A stretch of DNA of 63,940 nt, the filler included, from Octopus bimaculoides (Eukaryota), in NCBI RefSeq assembly GCF_001194135.2. It is 3 parts of 3 records of this genome, joined end to end, with 100 filler letters (N's around TTAATTAATTAA, not from the genome) between each part and the next. Parts side by side here need not be neighbours in the genome. Positions count along the whole stretch, not along the records: positions 25,973 to 54,936 come from NC_068995.1; positions 55,037 to 63,940 come from NC_069004.1; 1 more part is not named here. One strand, written 5' to 3'. A program made the position numbers and the translations under genes. This document shows positions 50,612 through 63,136 of the stretch, piece after piece. Each line of letters opens with the position of its first letter. Position 1 is the first letter of the stretch. The notes beneath the pieces were generated by a model that saw nothing but the letters and a program-made list of their open reading frames with translations, made no database searches and had not been told where the DNA came from.

Positions 50612-52704
50612 ATTCTGTGCTGTTCACAGAATCTACCCTTGAATCACAACATATCTATACGGTGCTAGATATAATTCATCACGCGGTTCAACACCATCAT
50701 CTGGGCATCAGGTATCTTTTGTGGAATCTTCTTTGTTACATTTAAAACAAGACTTTGATTTTAGCATCCTTTACTCCCTCAGTAGGCCTTGAAACGACTC
50801 ATGATCACCGCCTTCTTTCCCGACAAAACGATAAAATATACACTGGTGTTGGTGTGTTTATGTCCCGCAACTTAGCGGTTCGGCAAGAGCGGCCGACAGA
50901 ATAAGTACGAGGCTTAGCAAAATAAAATTAAGTACTGCAGTCGATTCATTCAACTGAAAATTCTTCAAGGCGGTGCCCCAGCATGGTCGCTGTCTAATGA
51001 CTGAAACAAGTGAAAGATAAAATATGCTCGCACACACTACAGACACTCTCTCTGTCTATCTGTCTCTCTCTCCCTCTCTCACTTTATCTCACACACACAC
51101 TCACACTCGCATATGTGCCCGTGTTACTGTGTGTGCATGTATATAGTTATGTATGTGCGGATCTATGTGTGTGTTTTATACACATTTACAAATACACTTT
51201 ACGTCATAAAATATGATAAATCTAAACTGCCTTAACTAAATGGGAACTCAAGTGTTCGATAATGATCGATAAAATCGTTAAAATACTGGCATCATTGCAC
51301 TATAATAGACTAAAACACTTGAACCCAGTGCTCCAGCTTGGTCGCATTTCCTGTTAGAGACCAAGAAGGGAATAAAAACTGATCCAGTAACCTACTGATG
51401 TACTTACCATTATATTTCCTTTACTTCTTTATCCCTTCCACTCGTCAAAAGTAACCCCAACTTACTCGTAAGTAGCCCAGCTGGAGATCAATGACTTTTA
51501 CTCTACTTGTCATTCCGACTGAATTTTACCATTCCAAGCACTACCCTAAAAATGCCCGCCAATCTTAGCAATTAACTCCAGTAATAAACAGAAGGTCAAA
51601 CTGAACTTAACAACTTCACTAGAAGATGGCAAAGGTCATCGGCGATGCCATAGTTTCCCCGAAGACACACCACGCACGCATGGGTATATATTTAAGTACA
51701 TGCATGCATATACTCTTTACTCTCTTTTACTTGTTTCAGTCATTTGACTGCGGCCATGCTGGAACACCGCCTTTTAGTCGAAGAAATCGACCCCAGGACT
51801 TATTCTTTGTAAGCCTAGTACTTATTCTATCGGTTCTCTTTTGCCGAACCGCTAAGTTATGGGGACGTAAACACACCAGCATCGGTTGTCAAGCGATGTT
51901 GGGGGGACAAACACAGACACATAAACATACACACACACACACACATACATATATACGACGGGTTTCTTTCAGTCTATGGAAATAAAATGAATTCAAATTA
52001 ACATCAACTGTGATTATCAAGTTCCAACCTAAACGAAAGCCTAGAACAGTTAAAGGAGTGTTCATATAATTAGTTTGTAAGTGTGCGTTAGTTACAACTC
52101 AATGGTTCACGGAGCCGCAAGCCAAACGATTGGTACAGTGAATTTTCAGGCTTTCGCATATAGATATCAAATAACTCAAGCAGTTCTGATCTGGGAACAC
52201 TGAAAATACTGACTTTCTGGTCAATAGTTAGTGGCTGAACATGTGATAAGAAAGCAACTAAGCAAAACAATAAATACTTGTACACTTGTTGGCTGATATC
52301 TTGTTTGAGGAAGAAAGGGAGGAAACCTATATTGTCAGATTGTTTGAATTTTCTATAGATTTGAATAGAATGTTGAGGAAATGTGTTTAATGTGGAACAA
52401 TTTTACTGTAAAATTATTGCTTTGAACTTACTCTGATCTTAATTCTATAGCTAAAAATTACTAATTACCTTGGACCCCCTCAAAATTTATAGGCTGATAT
52501 TTTTTTCAGAAGGATATCCACTAAAGAAATTTCGATGTGCTTAACACATAATGATGGTTTTGAAGAAGAATTATTGTTAAGGAATTTTATTAAGGTTGCG
52601 TTATTGGTTTCCTTAAGAGATTTTAATAATGTTGATGATAGAAGTGAGTTTGAGTTTTGCGACTCCTAGACCAGCATGTTTGCGAATATGTATGTATGTG
52701 TATG

Positions 52705-52755
<51 letters not shown>

Positions 52756-53657
52756 GCATGTGTACATATTTAAATACATGCATATAGTCTTTACTCTCTA
52801 TTACTGCAGTCAATCATTTGACTGCGGCCATGCTGGAGCAGTTTCCGTCTACCAAATCCACTCACAAAGCTTTGNNNNNNNNNNNNNNNNNNNNNNNNNN
52901 NNNNNNNNNNNNNNNNNNNNNNNNNNNNNNNNNNNNNNNNNNNNNNNNNNNNNNNNNNNNNNNNNNNNNNNNNNNNNNNNNNNNNNNNNNNNNNNNNNNN
53001 NNNNNNNNNNNNNNNNNNNNNNNNNNNNNNNNNNNNNNNNNNNNNNNNNNNNNNNNNNNNNNNNNNNNNNNNNNNNNNNNNNNNNNNNNNNNNNNNNNNN
53101 NNNNNNNNNNNNNNNNNNNNNNNNNNNNNNNNNNNNNNNNNNNNNNNNNNNNNNNNNNNNNNNNNNNNNNNNNNNNNNNNNNNNNNNNNNNNNNNNNNNN
53201 NNNNNNNNNNNNNNNNNNNNNNNNNNNNNNNNNNNNNNNNNNNNNNNNNNNNNNNNNNNNNNNNNNNNNNNNNNNNNNNNNNNNNNNNNNNNNNNNNNNN
53301 NNNNNNNNNNNNNNNNNNNNNNNNNNNNNNNNNNNNNNNNNNNNNNNNNNNNNNNNNNNNNNNNNNNNNNNNNNNNNNNNNNNNNNNNNNNNNNNNNNNN
53401 NNNNNNNNNNNNNNNNNNNNNNNNNNNNNNNNNNNNNNNNNNNNNNNNNNNNNNNNNNNNNNNNNNNNNNNNNNNNNNNNNNNNNNNNNNNNNNNNNNNN
53501 NNNNNNNNNNNNNNNNNNNNNNNNNNNNNNNNNNNNNNNNNNNNNNNNNNNNNNNNNNNNNNNNNNNNNNNNNNNNNNNNNNNNNNNNNNNNNNNNNNNN
53601 NNNNNNNNNNNNNNNNNNCGGGTGAATTAGTTTAACGCTCGGGAAGAATGGAAAGGT

Positions 53658-53693
53658 CTTTGACGTTTCGAGCCTACGCTCTTCGGCAGAAAG
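53658..53693 (-). ncRNA. Minimal PLE-type hammerhead-like motif (A6C, loopless ACGU stem III)
   Basis: CUUU-CUGCCGA-A-GAGC-GUAG-GCUC-GAAAC-GUC-AAAG. Confidence 0.6.
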
Positions 53694-54595
53694 GAATGAG
53701 AGAAAAACAAAAAGGGAAAGAGAAAAAAAAAGCGAGAGAAAAATACGTGACAGGGTTAACAGTTTCGTAATATGCATGTGTGTGGGGGGGGGGCGCGTTT
53801 GTGTGTGTGAAAGCATAGCTCTGTAGCTAAGAAATTCGATCATATTTTCAGGCTCAGTCCCATTGCGCGGTACAGTGGGCAGGTGACTTCTATTATAGCC
53901 CCGGGCGAATTAGAGTTTTGTAAGTGGACGTGGTAGAAAGAAATGCATGCATGTACGTAAGTGCGCATGTATATGTCGGTCTTTGTATGGATGTGTGCTT
54001 GTCTGACTGGTTTCGTATTTCTCACGTTTTCACGTCAATTCGCTGCTTCCAAACAACTGCCTCGCTAATGGCGACGTTTTGTCATGTCATTTTGCGAAAA
54101 CAGATTCGATTTTCTTAACATGTTTTGACACATTCGGTGATCATCGTAAACAAAAGGTTTCTTCCTTTGATGAGTACGGCACATATGTATGTATGCATGT
54201 GTATATGTTTATGTGTGTATATGTGTGTGTGTCTATGTGTAAGTGCGAGTATGCGAAAGTTAATTCATCTTAGCATGTGTATTCATGTATGTCGATGAGA
54301 GCGCGTGTGTATATGCGCGTGTATGTGTGCGTGTATGTAGGCATTTTTGCGTTTTTATCTATATCTGTGTACTTTTGTCCATATATATATATATATATAT
54401 GTATATTATATATATATATGGTAGGTAGAGTTAGCGGTTATAATAAGCGACTATGGGATAAACTATCCGTATATTCTATCGGTATTAGTTACCCGTGTTA
54501 TCTCTGGGTATGGCTATGCAGGCACACTATGCTCGTAGAGTATTTGTTTGCTTATCTGAGGTTTTCTCCATTTCGGTGATGGATTTGTTCTGATG

Positions 54596-54935
54596 GATTT
54601 TAGAGAGGCCTTACTAAACGACAACTCCTTCTATGAAACTATCACCAACTATAAACAACAAAAAACTCTCAAAAATCTCACCACCCTAATACTCCAGCAA
54701 GGCCAAGGACTCACGGACAAAGAAAAAGATTACATCACTAATTTCAAATGCAAGCCCAGCCTCTTCTATGGCCTCCCTAAAATCCATAAGAACAAATCTA
54801 TCACCGAAGCTTGCAAACTCTCCTCTGAAATCTACATCAACATCAAGGCACCGGAAGATTTAAAACTAAGACCCATTATAGCAGGCACCTCCTGCGAAAC
54901 ACATCGCTTAAGCAATTTCTTGGACATTCTTTTGA
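54596..54935 (+). mobile_element. Penelope-like element RT N-terminal fragment, cut off by a gap
   Basis: FYGLPKIHK...LRPIIAGTSCETHRLSNFLDILL in an uninterrupted frame. Confidence 0.9.
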
Positions 54936-55769
54936 ANNNNNNNNNNNNNNNNNNNNNNNNNNNNNNNNNNNNNNNNNNNNTTAATTAATTAANNNNNNNN
55001 NNNNNNNNNNNNNNNNNNNNNNNNNNNNNNNNNNNNATAATAATAATAATAATAATAATAATAATAGTAATAATAATAATAATAATAGTAATAATAATAA
55101 TAATAATGATAAGAAGAAAAAGAAGAAGAAGAAGAAGAAGAAGAAGAAGAAGAAAAGTAGGTCGTGTGAGATTACTCTAAGTGCTGCGTGAGGTATCTAA
55201 CCCATCAATTTGCTATGCTTAATTCATTCAAGGAACCAGCCTGTGTTACTTTAATCGCTAGCAGAAGATTCGAAGATTGAAGATTCATAAAAATATAATG
55301 GGTTTTTATCTTTAAAGTGAAGCCAATATATAAGACATTAAAAGTAAATGTTATTGAAAGAGCTACTGCTCTCGTTTTTTCCTTCGGTTTTTGGGTTCTC
55401 TTTCGTTTTTCTTTTCTTTTCTTTTTTTTTCTTTTTTTTTGCTTGATAAGACTTTTTTAATTCTGTAACGATGAGATTCGACTGAAAATCGATTTTAAAA
55501 ATGAATTGACCCACTTCCATTGTCTTAACATAATTTTCGCAACTTCACTCCTTATTTTATGTTTCCAGTAAAAGAAATTTACGTGTAGAAATCTCGTGTC
55601 TTTACTTTATAATGTTCATAAGATACAGAAAAAATTTCACCTTGGATAATATAATAACCCACAGCAACTCGATTTTGCCCCTGAAGGAACAAAAGGCTAA
55701 ATGTACATACATACATACATACATACATGCAAGCAGGTACAACACTTAATACAATAACGTTTTAGTTCT

Positions 55770-55880
55770 CTCATGGTTTTCCTTTCCATTTATTTTCTTT
55801 TCTCATTCATTTCTGCAGAAGAAGATAGGCTCCAAACGTCAAAGACTTCTCCCATTTTTCCTGAGAGTCAAACTTTTACA
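55770..55880 (+). mobile_element. Degenerate second copy of the 53.6-kb repeat with a decayed hammerhead
   Basis: tctcattcatttctgcagaagaagataggctccaaacgtcaaagac versus tctcattcctttctgccgaagagcgtaggctcgaaacgtcaaagac. Confidence 0.65.
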
Positions 55881-56067
55881 ACTTTGTTTGTTGATTGTTC
55901 AACTATCTCTGTCATTTGATTTTTCTTTTTCCTACAGTTTGGAAGCGTATACATACATACATGCATAGATACACACATACATATATGTAAGTTTAAGCTG
56001 TGACCCGGTCTTGAAGTTGAGGATTCGCATGTATATCTCTGAAGTATTATTACTACATTAAGATATA

Positions 56068-56411
56068 GGCGTAGGAGTGGCTGTGCGGTAAGTAGCTTGC
56101 TTACCAACCACATGGTTCCGGGTTCAGTCGCACTATCTGGCACCTTAAGCAAGTGTCTTCTACTATGGCCTCGGACCGACCAAAGCCTTGTGAGTGGATC
56201 TGGTAGATGGAAACTGAAAGAAGCCCGTCGTATATATGTATATATATATATATATATATAAGNNNNNNNNNNNNNNNNNNNNNNNNNNNNNNNNNNNNNN
56301 NNNNNNNNNNNNNNNNNNNNNNNNNNNNNNNNNNNNNNNNNNNNNNNNNNNNNNNNNNNNNNNNNNNNNNNNNNNNNNNNNNNNNNNNNNNNNNNNNNNN
56401 NNNNNNNNNNN

Positions 56412-56449
<38 letters not shown>

Positions 56450-56665
56450 TGTGTGTGTATATGTTTGTGTGTCTGTGTTTGTCGCCCCAACATCGCTTGA
56501 CAACTGATGCTGGTGTGTTTACGTCTCCATAACTTAGCTGTTCGGCAAAAGAGACCGATAGACTAAGTACTAGGCTTACAAAGAATAAGTCCTGGGGTTG
56601 ATTTGCTCGACTAAAGGTGGTGCTCCAGCATGGCCACAGTCAAATGACTGAAACAAGTAAAAGAG
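56068..56665 (+). mobile_element. Full-length SINE family A (gap in its internal microsatellite)
   Basis: Head at 56068, tail ...GTAAAAGAG at 56665. Confidence 0.9.
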
Positions 56666-57902
56666 TATATAGATTGAACTACGCAGCACAATATAACAAT
56701 CCTACCTTGTCAACCTAACACTTATGAATATCATAAAATGTCCATTCCATTTGTAAACAGCTTTTCAGCTGTTACCACGATGTCTTTTTAAATACAGTTA
56801 ACATATTTTTAATGTTTATCACCCGTAGGCAGATCGTCCGACAGCTGGTTACCGGTGCAACGTGCGCCCTGTATATATTTCAAGCAGGGGAGTGAACTCC
56901 TACCATCTTCTAGCAGACGACCGAACGGTTTTTGATGCGAACTTACAAAGCATACATTCAAGCCTTCCTCTCTTTGCTTCTACCATTTCTTCCCCGCATA
57001 ATGTTCCCGTATGAAAACATGTCAATAATTATTGAGATTCAAAAACATTCTTAACCGGCATCTTTTATAATACAAATATAATTATAAATTCCTTTTAAAA
57101 CTTTATTTTGATTACTTTTACTCATTATAATCTAATTTGTTTTGCACAATACTTGATTGCTTTACTTGTTTAAGCCGTTATAATTGTGTACATCTCTTCA
57201 TCATTTGCATTACAATGCTTGAGTTTATAAGTGCCTGCGTCTATTTATTTATTTCTCACGCTGTCTCCAAATCGAAAATCGTTCAAATTAAACGGTGTAT
57301 AATATTTGATATCAACAATTATGTTGGAAGCTCAACATTCTCCAACTGGAACCAACGCAGTGTTGTGGTTACATTATCTGCATCACCAGAAATAACAGTC
57401 AAATCTCTTTCAAACCGCATATGGCGGAAGAGATAGTGTGGAGGACAAGGCTGAAAGGACTGAAGACAGACACCTTTTCGTCTTCGGCCGAGCCCTCATC
57501 GACTGTTTAAGTTCCACTTGAAGAGGAAAGTGAGGGTACAGAGGAAGTACTGCGCTCCCCCCCACCACCACCAGCAATTTTGTTGAAAGGTGGATGAATG
57601 TCGCGAAAATGGCTCGTGTGAATGGGCCTACTCTGAATATTCATCTGTAAGCCGGAGCAGTTGTGGGGAAGAGAGGTACCTACCTGGCATGCCCTTTTCA
57701 GTCAGAGTGACCAGAACGTGTGGGGTGCCTTGGTTGGCCCTGCTTGGAGCTCTCCCCTATTGAGGAATTGTGTTGTTTAATTTTTTGTTAACTGTTTTTG
57801 TTTTTTTTTTGTTTACACGCGTTTTCTGTTTTAAACCCCACATGTCCCTTGTTTTGTTCCCATATTTTTCTTTGTTTGGCCCTTGTAGCCAATAAAGAAA
57901 GG

Positions 57903-57953
<51 letters not shown>

Positions 57954-58141
57954 TCGCCGAGGTCGACTTTGCCTTCCATCCTTTCGGGGTCGATATAAAT
58001 TAAGTACCAGTTGAGTACTGGGGTCGATGTAATAGACTATCCCCTTCCCCCCAAGTTTCAGGCCTTGTGCTTATAGTAGAAAGGATTATCATCATCACCA
58101 TCATCATCATCATCATCACCACCATCGTCATCATCATCATC

Positions 58142-58218
<77 letters not shown>

Positions 58219-58478
58219 TATTATTATCATTATCATTATTATTATTATGTAAGGCGACAAACTGTTAGAATTGTCAATACACAGGGCTAAACGCTTGCGC
58301 TCTGTTCACATGCCGTCGAGATCGACTTTGACGTTGCGGTCTATAAAACAAGTACCAGGGGTCGAGCACAAGGGTCGAGCACAGGGATCGATGTAATCGA
58401 CTCACCCGCTCCCCGGAAATTGCTGGCCTTGTGTCAAAATATAAGATCAATATTATTATTATTATTATTAATATTATA

Positions 58479-58538
<60 letters not shown>

Positions 58539-59145
58539 GGATTTTACCAAGAGAACTCACGTTACACATCACTCGCGTTTGCGGATTACATTTTGTGGAA
58601 TTTTATCAAAATTAGATGAGATTTTTTCTCCTGTTTATTCGTTTGATTTGTTTCATTGACAAGTGAGCAGATTTTTGGTTAGTTTTTTTGTTTTCTCCGT
58701 ATTTTCTTTTATTCCTACATGTTTGTGACCTGACATTCATCGCAAATTTACAATGCGAGAAGCACTCTCGCCATGAAAGAAATAAAAAAGAAAACCGCAG
58801 AGACAAGAAAGAATAAAGAAATAGCAAAACAAAGCACATAAAATATATAAAACAAACGACAACATATTTTGAAACAAAAAAAAATATTAACGCTTTTTAC
58901 GGATTTTTTGGCGAATGAAAGTGACTTGACAACCCGCGAAACAACAACAACAACAACAACAACAACAATAATTACAACAACAGCAACAATAACAGCTACA
59001 AGACATCGTTGTGTAAATCTTGTGTCTAATACGAAAATTCTTGCACATAGACAAAATCCATTCCGAGAAAGTAATTTGGCAATGTATCAGAAAAGACTCA
59101 TTTTCGTTGCCTGAAGACGTAGTCCCAGAACAGGTTCTAAAGAAT

Positions 59146-59477
59146 CAGTACTCCGTCGGTTACGGCGACAAACATTCCAGTTGATTTGATCCAGGGAACA
59201 ACCTGCGCGTGAGATTAACGGATTAACGTGCAAGTGGCTGAGCATCCCACAGACACACATATCGTTAACGTAGTTCTCAGAGAGATTCAGAGAGACACAG
59301 AATGTAACAAGGTTGGATCTTTGAATTACATGTACAGCTCATTTCTGCCAGCTGAGTAGACCGGAGCAACGTGAAATCAAGTGTCTTGCTCAAGGACACA
59401 ACGCATCACCGGGAATCGAACTCACGGCCTAACGATCATGAGCCGAATACCATAACCACTTAACCCCGCGCTTTCAC
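59146..59477 (-). mobile_element. SINE family C
   Basis: gtgtcttgctcaaggacac and gggaatcgaactc..taaccact tRNA-like head on the minus strand. Confidence 0.8.
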
Positions 59478-59850
59478 AGCGTGATAATGATGCGGCGTAC
59501 GGGCAAGAGGGTGATGGTTTTGTGCAGTTTCCTGTCACATTTACCTGATAGGATTTTACTGCAAACCACATCAGCAGCAATAGCAGTATTATTACTATTA
59601 CAAAGTTCCGTATCGATCTATGTCTACGGAAGCATATCGCATTTCAGTCTTTATTAACCAACACAAATTTCCGCAAATCCCGACAACGTTTCTGAAGAAT
59701 TTTTGCTGAATAAAAGACGACAATATTTGTTGCAAATGCTGCTATCCGTATCTCAAACCAAATTCCTCTTAATCTCTCGAACAATGTTCCAATGAAAAGC
59801 AGAATAAACTTCTACCGACCGATGTGGCCAAGTCTTTACTCAATTTTCTC

Positions 59851-60324
59851 GTAGTTTTTCTTGTCGTTTTCTGGTAGTTTTTCTTGTCGTTTTCTGGTAG
59901 TTTTTCTTGTCATTTTCTGGTAGTTTTTCTTGTCGTTTTCTGGTAGTTTTTCTTGTCGTTTTCTGGTAGTTTTTCTTGTCGTTTTCTGGTAGTTTTTCTT
60001 GTCGTTTTCGGGTAGTTTTTTCTTGTCGTTTTCTGGTAGTTTTTCTTGTCGTTTTCTGGTAGTTTTTCTTTTAGTTTTCTGGTACTTTTTCTTTTAGTTT
60101 TCTGGTAGTTTTTCTTGTCGTTTTTTGGTAGTTTTTCTTGTAGTTTTCTGGTAGTTTTTCTTGTCGTTTTCTGGTAGTTTTTCTTGTCGTTTTCTGGTAG
60201 TTTTTCTTGTCGTTTTCTGGTAGTTTTTCTTGTCGTTTTCTGGTAGTTTTTCTTGTCGTTTTCTGGTAGTTTTTCTTGTAGTTTTCTGGTACTTTTTCTT
60301 TTAGTTTTCTGGTAGTTTTTCTTG
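59851..60324. repeat. 23-bp minisatellite (GTAGTTTTTCTTGTCGTTTTCTG), ~20.6 units
   Basis: Head-to-tail units with no unique spacers, so not a CRISPR array. Confidence 0.95.
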
Positions 60325-60701
60325 TGTTAAATATTAAAACCTTGATATCGCGTTTATTATAATTTGCTGTATCATACGGTGCCGTAGTATTGTTGTAAAC
60401 TATTTTATCTGGTGTCTCTTATTTTTACATCATTTACTTGTTTCAGTCATCTGACTGCGGCCATTCTGGGGCACCATCTTGAAGAATTTTAGACGAACGA
60501 CTCGATACGCCAGTTCTTACTTTCTATAAAGCCTAATATTTATTCTGTTAGTATCTTTTGCGGAACCTCTACGTTACAGCGACGAAACCACATCACGCCA
60601 CACCAACAGTGGTAGTTAAGCAGTGAAGGGGGACAAACACAACGAAACACACATACGCACACATATATACATACGCACACACACACACAAATTGCCTCTG
60701 T

Positions 60702-60734
60702 CTGACGAGGTACAAGATCGAAACACTGGACGTC
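60702..60734 (+). ncRNA. Hammerhead-like core with imperfect stems I and III
   Basis: CUGACGA-GGU-ACAAG-AUC-GAAAC-ACUGGAC-GUC. Confidence 0.4.
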
Positions 60735-61464
60735 TCAGTGACTCTTGCGTGAATGAATCTGTACTATAAACGTACATTTGTCGTAAAGGAGAATTCCTTC
60801 TCTTGAGACGAAACAGAACTGCGATTAGCATATTCAAATGAGGCGGGGAGTCGCGGAACAGATAGTACGCCGGACAAAATGCTTAGTGGAGTTTCTTCCG
60901 TCTATACGTTCTGAGTTCCAATACCACCTAGGTTCTCTTTGGCTTTCGTCTCTTTCGGAGTTAATAAAACAATTATTAGTCAAGTCTTGGAGTCGCTGTG
61001 ATCGACATCCCCTTCCCAAAAATGGTGGCGCTGGACCAAAATTTGAAACCAACATTCGTATTATAGTTGTTGTGGTGAGCCGGGAGAATCGTTAGCACGC
61101 CGAACAAAATGCTTAGCAGCATTTCATCCGTGTTAACGTTTCGAGTTCAAATTCTGCCGAAGTTGACTTTGCTCTCCCTTACAATTTAGGGCTTTTGTAA
61201 GAAGAACCAATAGATAGTAAAGGCTTAGCAGAGATATTTGGAATTGGAACAGGAGTAAAAAGTGGACAAAGTCTAATTTGAAACATATTGGTCTTTAGAG
61301 ATACACGATTCGCAAGACAAATGAAAAGATACAAAATATAAAGATATATCGTTAACAGAATAGGTAATTTTGAATAAAACTAAGTTTACGAGACACAGCA
61401 TTCTAAATTGACGCAGTCAATTATACAAGAACATTATCTATGTGTTAGATGAGTAAATACACAG

Positions 61465-61716
61465 TTTGCTGAGAATTTACTAAAAGTCGTCATAGCGTTC
61501 GCTGTATGGAGTCTAGCGGTAAGTTTGTTATTACCGTAATGTAATATACCGGAAATAAAACAAGAAAATTAATGACAGCGTTTGGAACACACCAATTGAT
61601 ATTGAACTTTCTCACCAGGAATGTATTAGAGTCACATATAAAAGCAATAAAATTGTTTTTCTTTATAGACCCAAGGTCGGCTGTTCTCTTGCAAATATAT
61701 AGATACTTGGTCAAAG
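61465..61716 (+). other. Candidate pair of phase-0 exons 61465-61518 and 61669-61716: FAENLLKVVIAFAVWSLA + TQGRLFSCKYIDTWSK
   Basis: cag|..GCG|GTAAGT, a 150-nt intron, ttgtttttctttatag|ACC..AAG|GTG. The joined peptide resembles a signal peptide. Unverified. Confidence 0.35.
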
Positions 61717-61802
61717 GTGTTACACTCATGAACACACTAACGTCCTTTTATTTATTTATTGTTTTATCCCGACAGAGCGAATATCCGACCGCATTCTGAA
61801 AC

Positions 61803-62050
61803 ATGGCGTAGGCGCGGGTGTGGCTATGTGGTAAGGCGTTTTCTTGCCAACCACAAGGTCCCGTGTTCAGTTCCACTCTATGACACCTTAGGCAGGTGTG
61901 TCGTCCACTATATAGCCTCGGTTCGGTCCAAGCCTTATAAGTGGATTTAGTAAACGGAAACTGAAAGAACCTGTCGTATAAATATATATATATGTGTGTG
62001 TTTGTATATATATATACATATATATATATATGTATGTATGTATGTATGAA

Positions 62051-62090
<40 letters not shown>

Positions 62091-62230
62091 TATGCCTGTG
62101 TGTGTTTATGTCTTTGTGTTTGTGTGTGTTCCATACCACCACTTATCTACCGATGTTGGATGTTTACGTCGCCATAACATGACAGTTCGGTCAAAAGTAC
62201 TGATAAGATAAGTAGCAAGCTTGTAAAAGA
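61803..62230 (+). mobile_element. SINE family A (divergent)
   Basis: Head tggctatgtggtaagg, internal (TA)n(TG)n. Confidence 0.8.
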
Positions 62231-62399
62231 AATACTGGCGGCGATTCCTGCTTGTTGGTTACTTCCGGTTATGTGCTGAGAGTTGAGTTGTCAGGTTATT
62301 GATGAAGAAATGAAGGAATATCCAAGCAGATATCATTCGCAAAGTCCACGAAGCAAGAAATTGCTTCCTTGTAGATGTATCAATCATTCTAGACACACG

Positions 62400-62601
62400 G
62401 ACATACAGACAGGCACCCATAAATACATACATCCGTACATACATACATACATACATACATACATACACATATGCATGCATGCATGCATGCATACATACAT
62501 GCATGCATACATACATACATGCATGCATACATACAAACATATATACATATATAGATACATACATAAATACATACATACATAGATACATACATACATACAT
62601 G

Positions 62602-62633
<32 letters not shown>

Positions 62634-62700
62634 AATACATACATAAATACATACATATATACATATATTAACAAGTACTGACGTACGTGCGTACATGTAG
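62400..62700. repeat. (CATA)n/(CATG)n microsatellite
   Basis: Seen directly. Confidence 0.95.
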
Positions 62701-62721
62701 GCATATATACGTGTATGTCTA

Positions 62722-62755
<34 letters not shown>

Positions 62756-63136
62756 GTTACCTCAGGCAAACACACTCTAACAATATTTATCACCATGAGA
62801 TGTAGGTCGTGCTTGTAAAGGCCATGTCGTAATATATATCTGAAATATCAAGCGTTCATGCTGTATAATTATTTAGAGAGTTGTCCAGAAAGACAAACAG
62901 AACCAAAATCTAGGTAAAGTACTTAACGTTGGAAAAAGAGGTTTTATGTGCATTTAATTTGAGTTCGCAAATTGTGATATTATTTCAGCACTATGCCCTC
63001 GTCAGTATTATTAAGCGATGACAAAGTGATATTGTCGAAACAGTAATCTTAATTTGAAAGCTGTGCGTATAAAACTCATATATATACATACATACATACA
63101 TACATACATACATACATACATACATACATGTATATA

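Noticed and set aside
57440-57500. CGAUGA-GGGC-UCG-GCC-GAA on the minus strand, and a hairpin at 42209-42268
   Set aside because: The core lacks intact CUGA/GAAA or the NUH triplet, so neither is counted as a hammerhead.
59851-60324. CRISPR-like periodicity
   Set aside because: Units are contiguous with no unique spacers, there are no cas genes, and the context is eukaryotic.
62960-63010. CUGACGA..GAAAU on the minus strand
   Set aside because: Stem I cannot form, so it is treated as a chance match.
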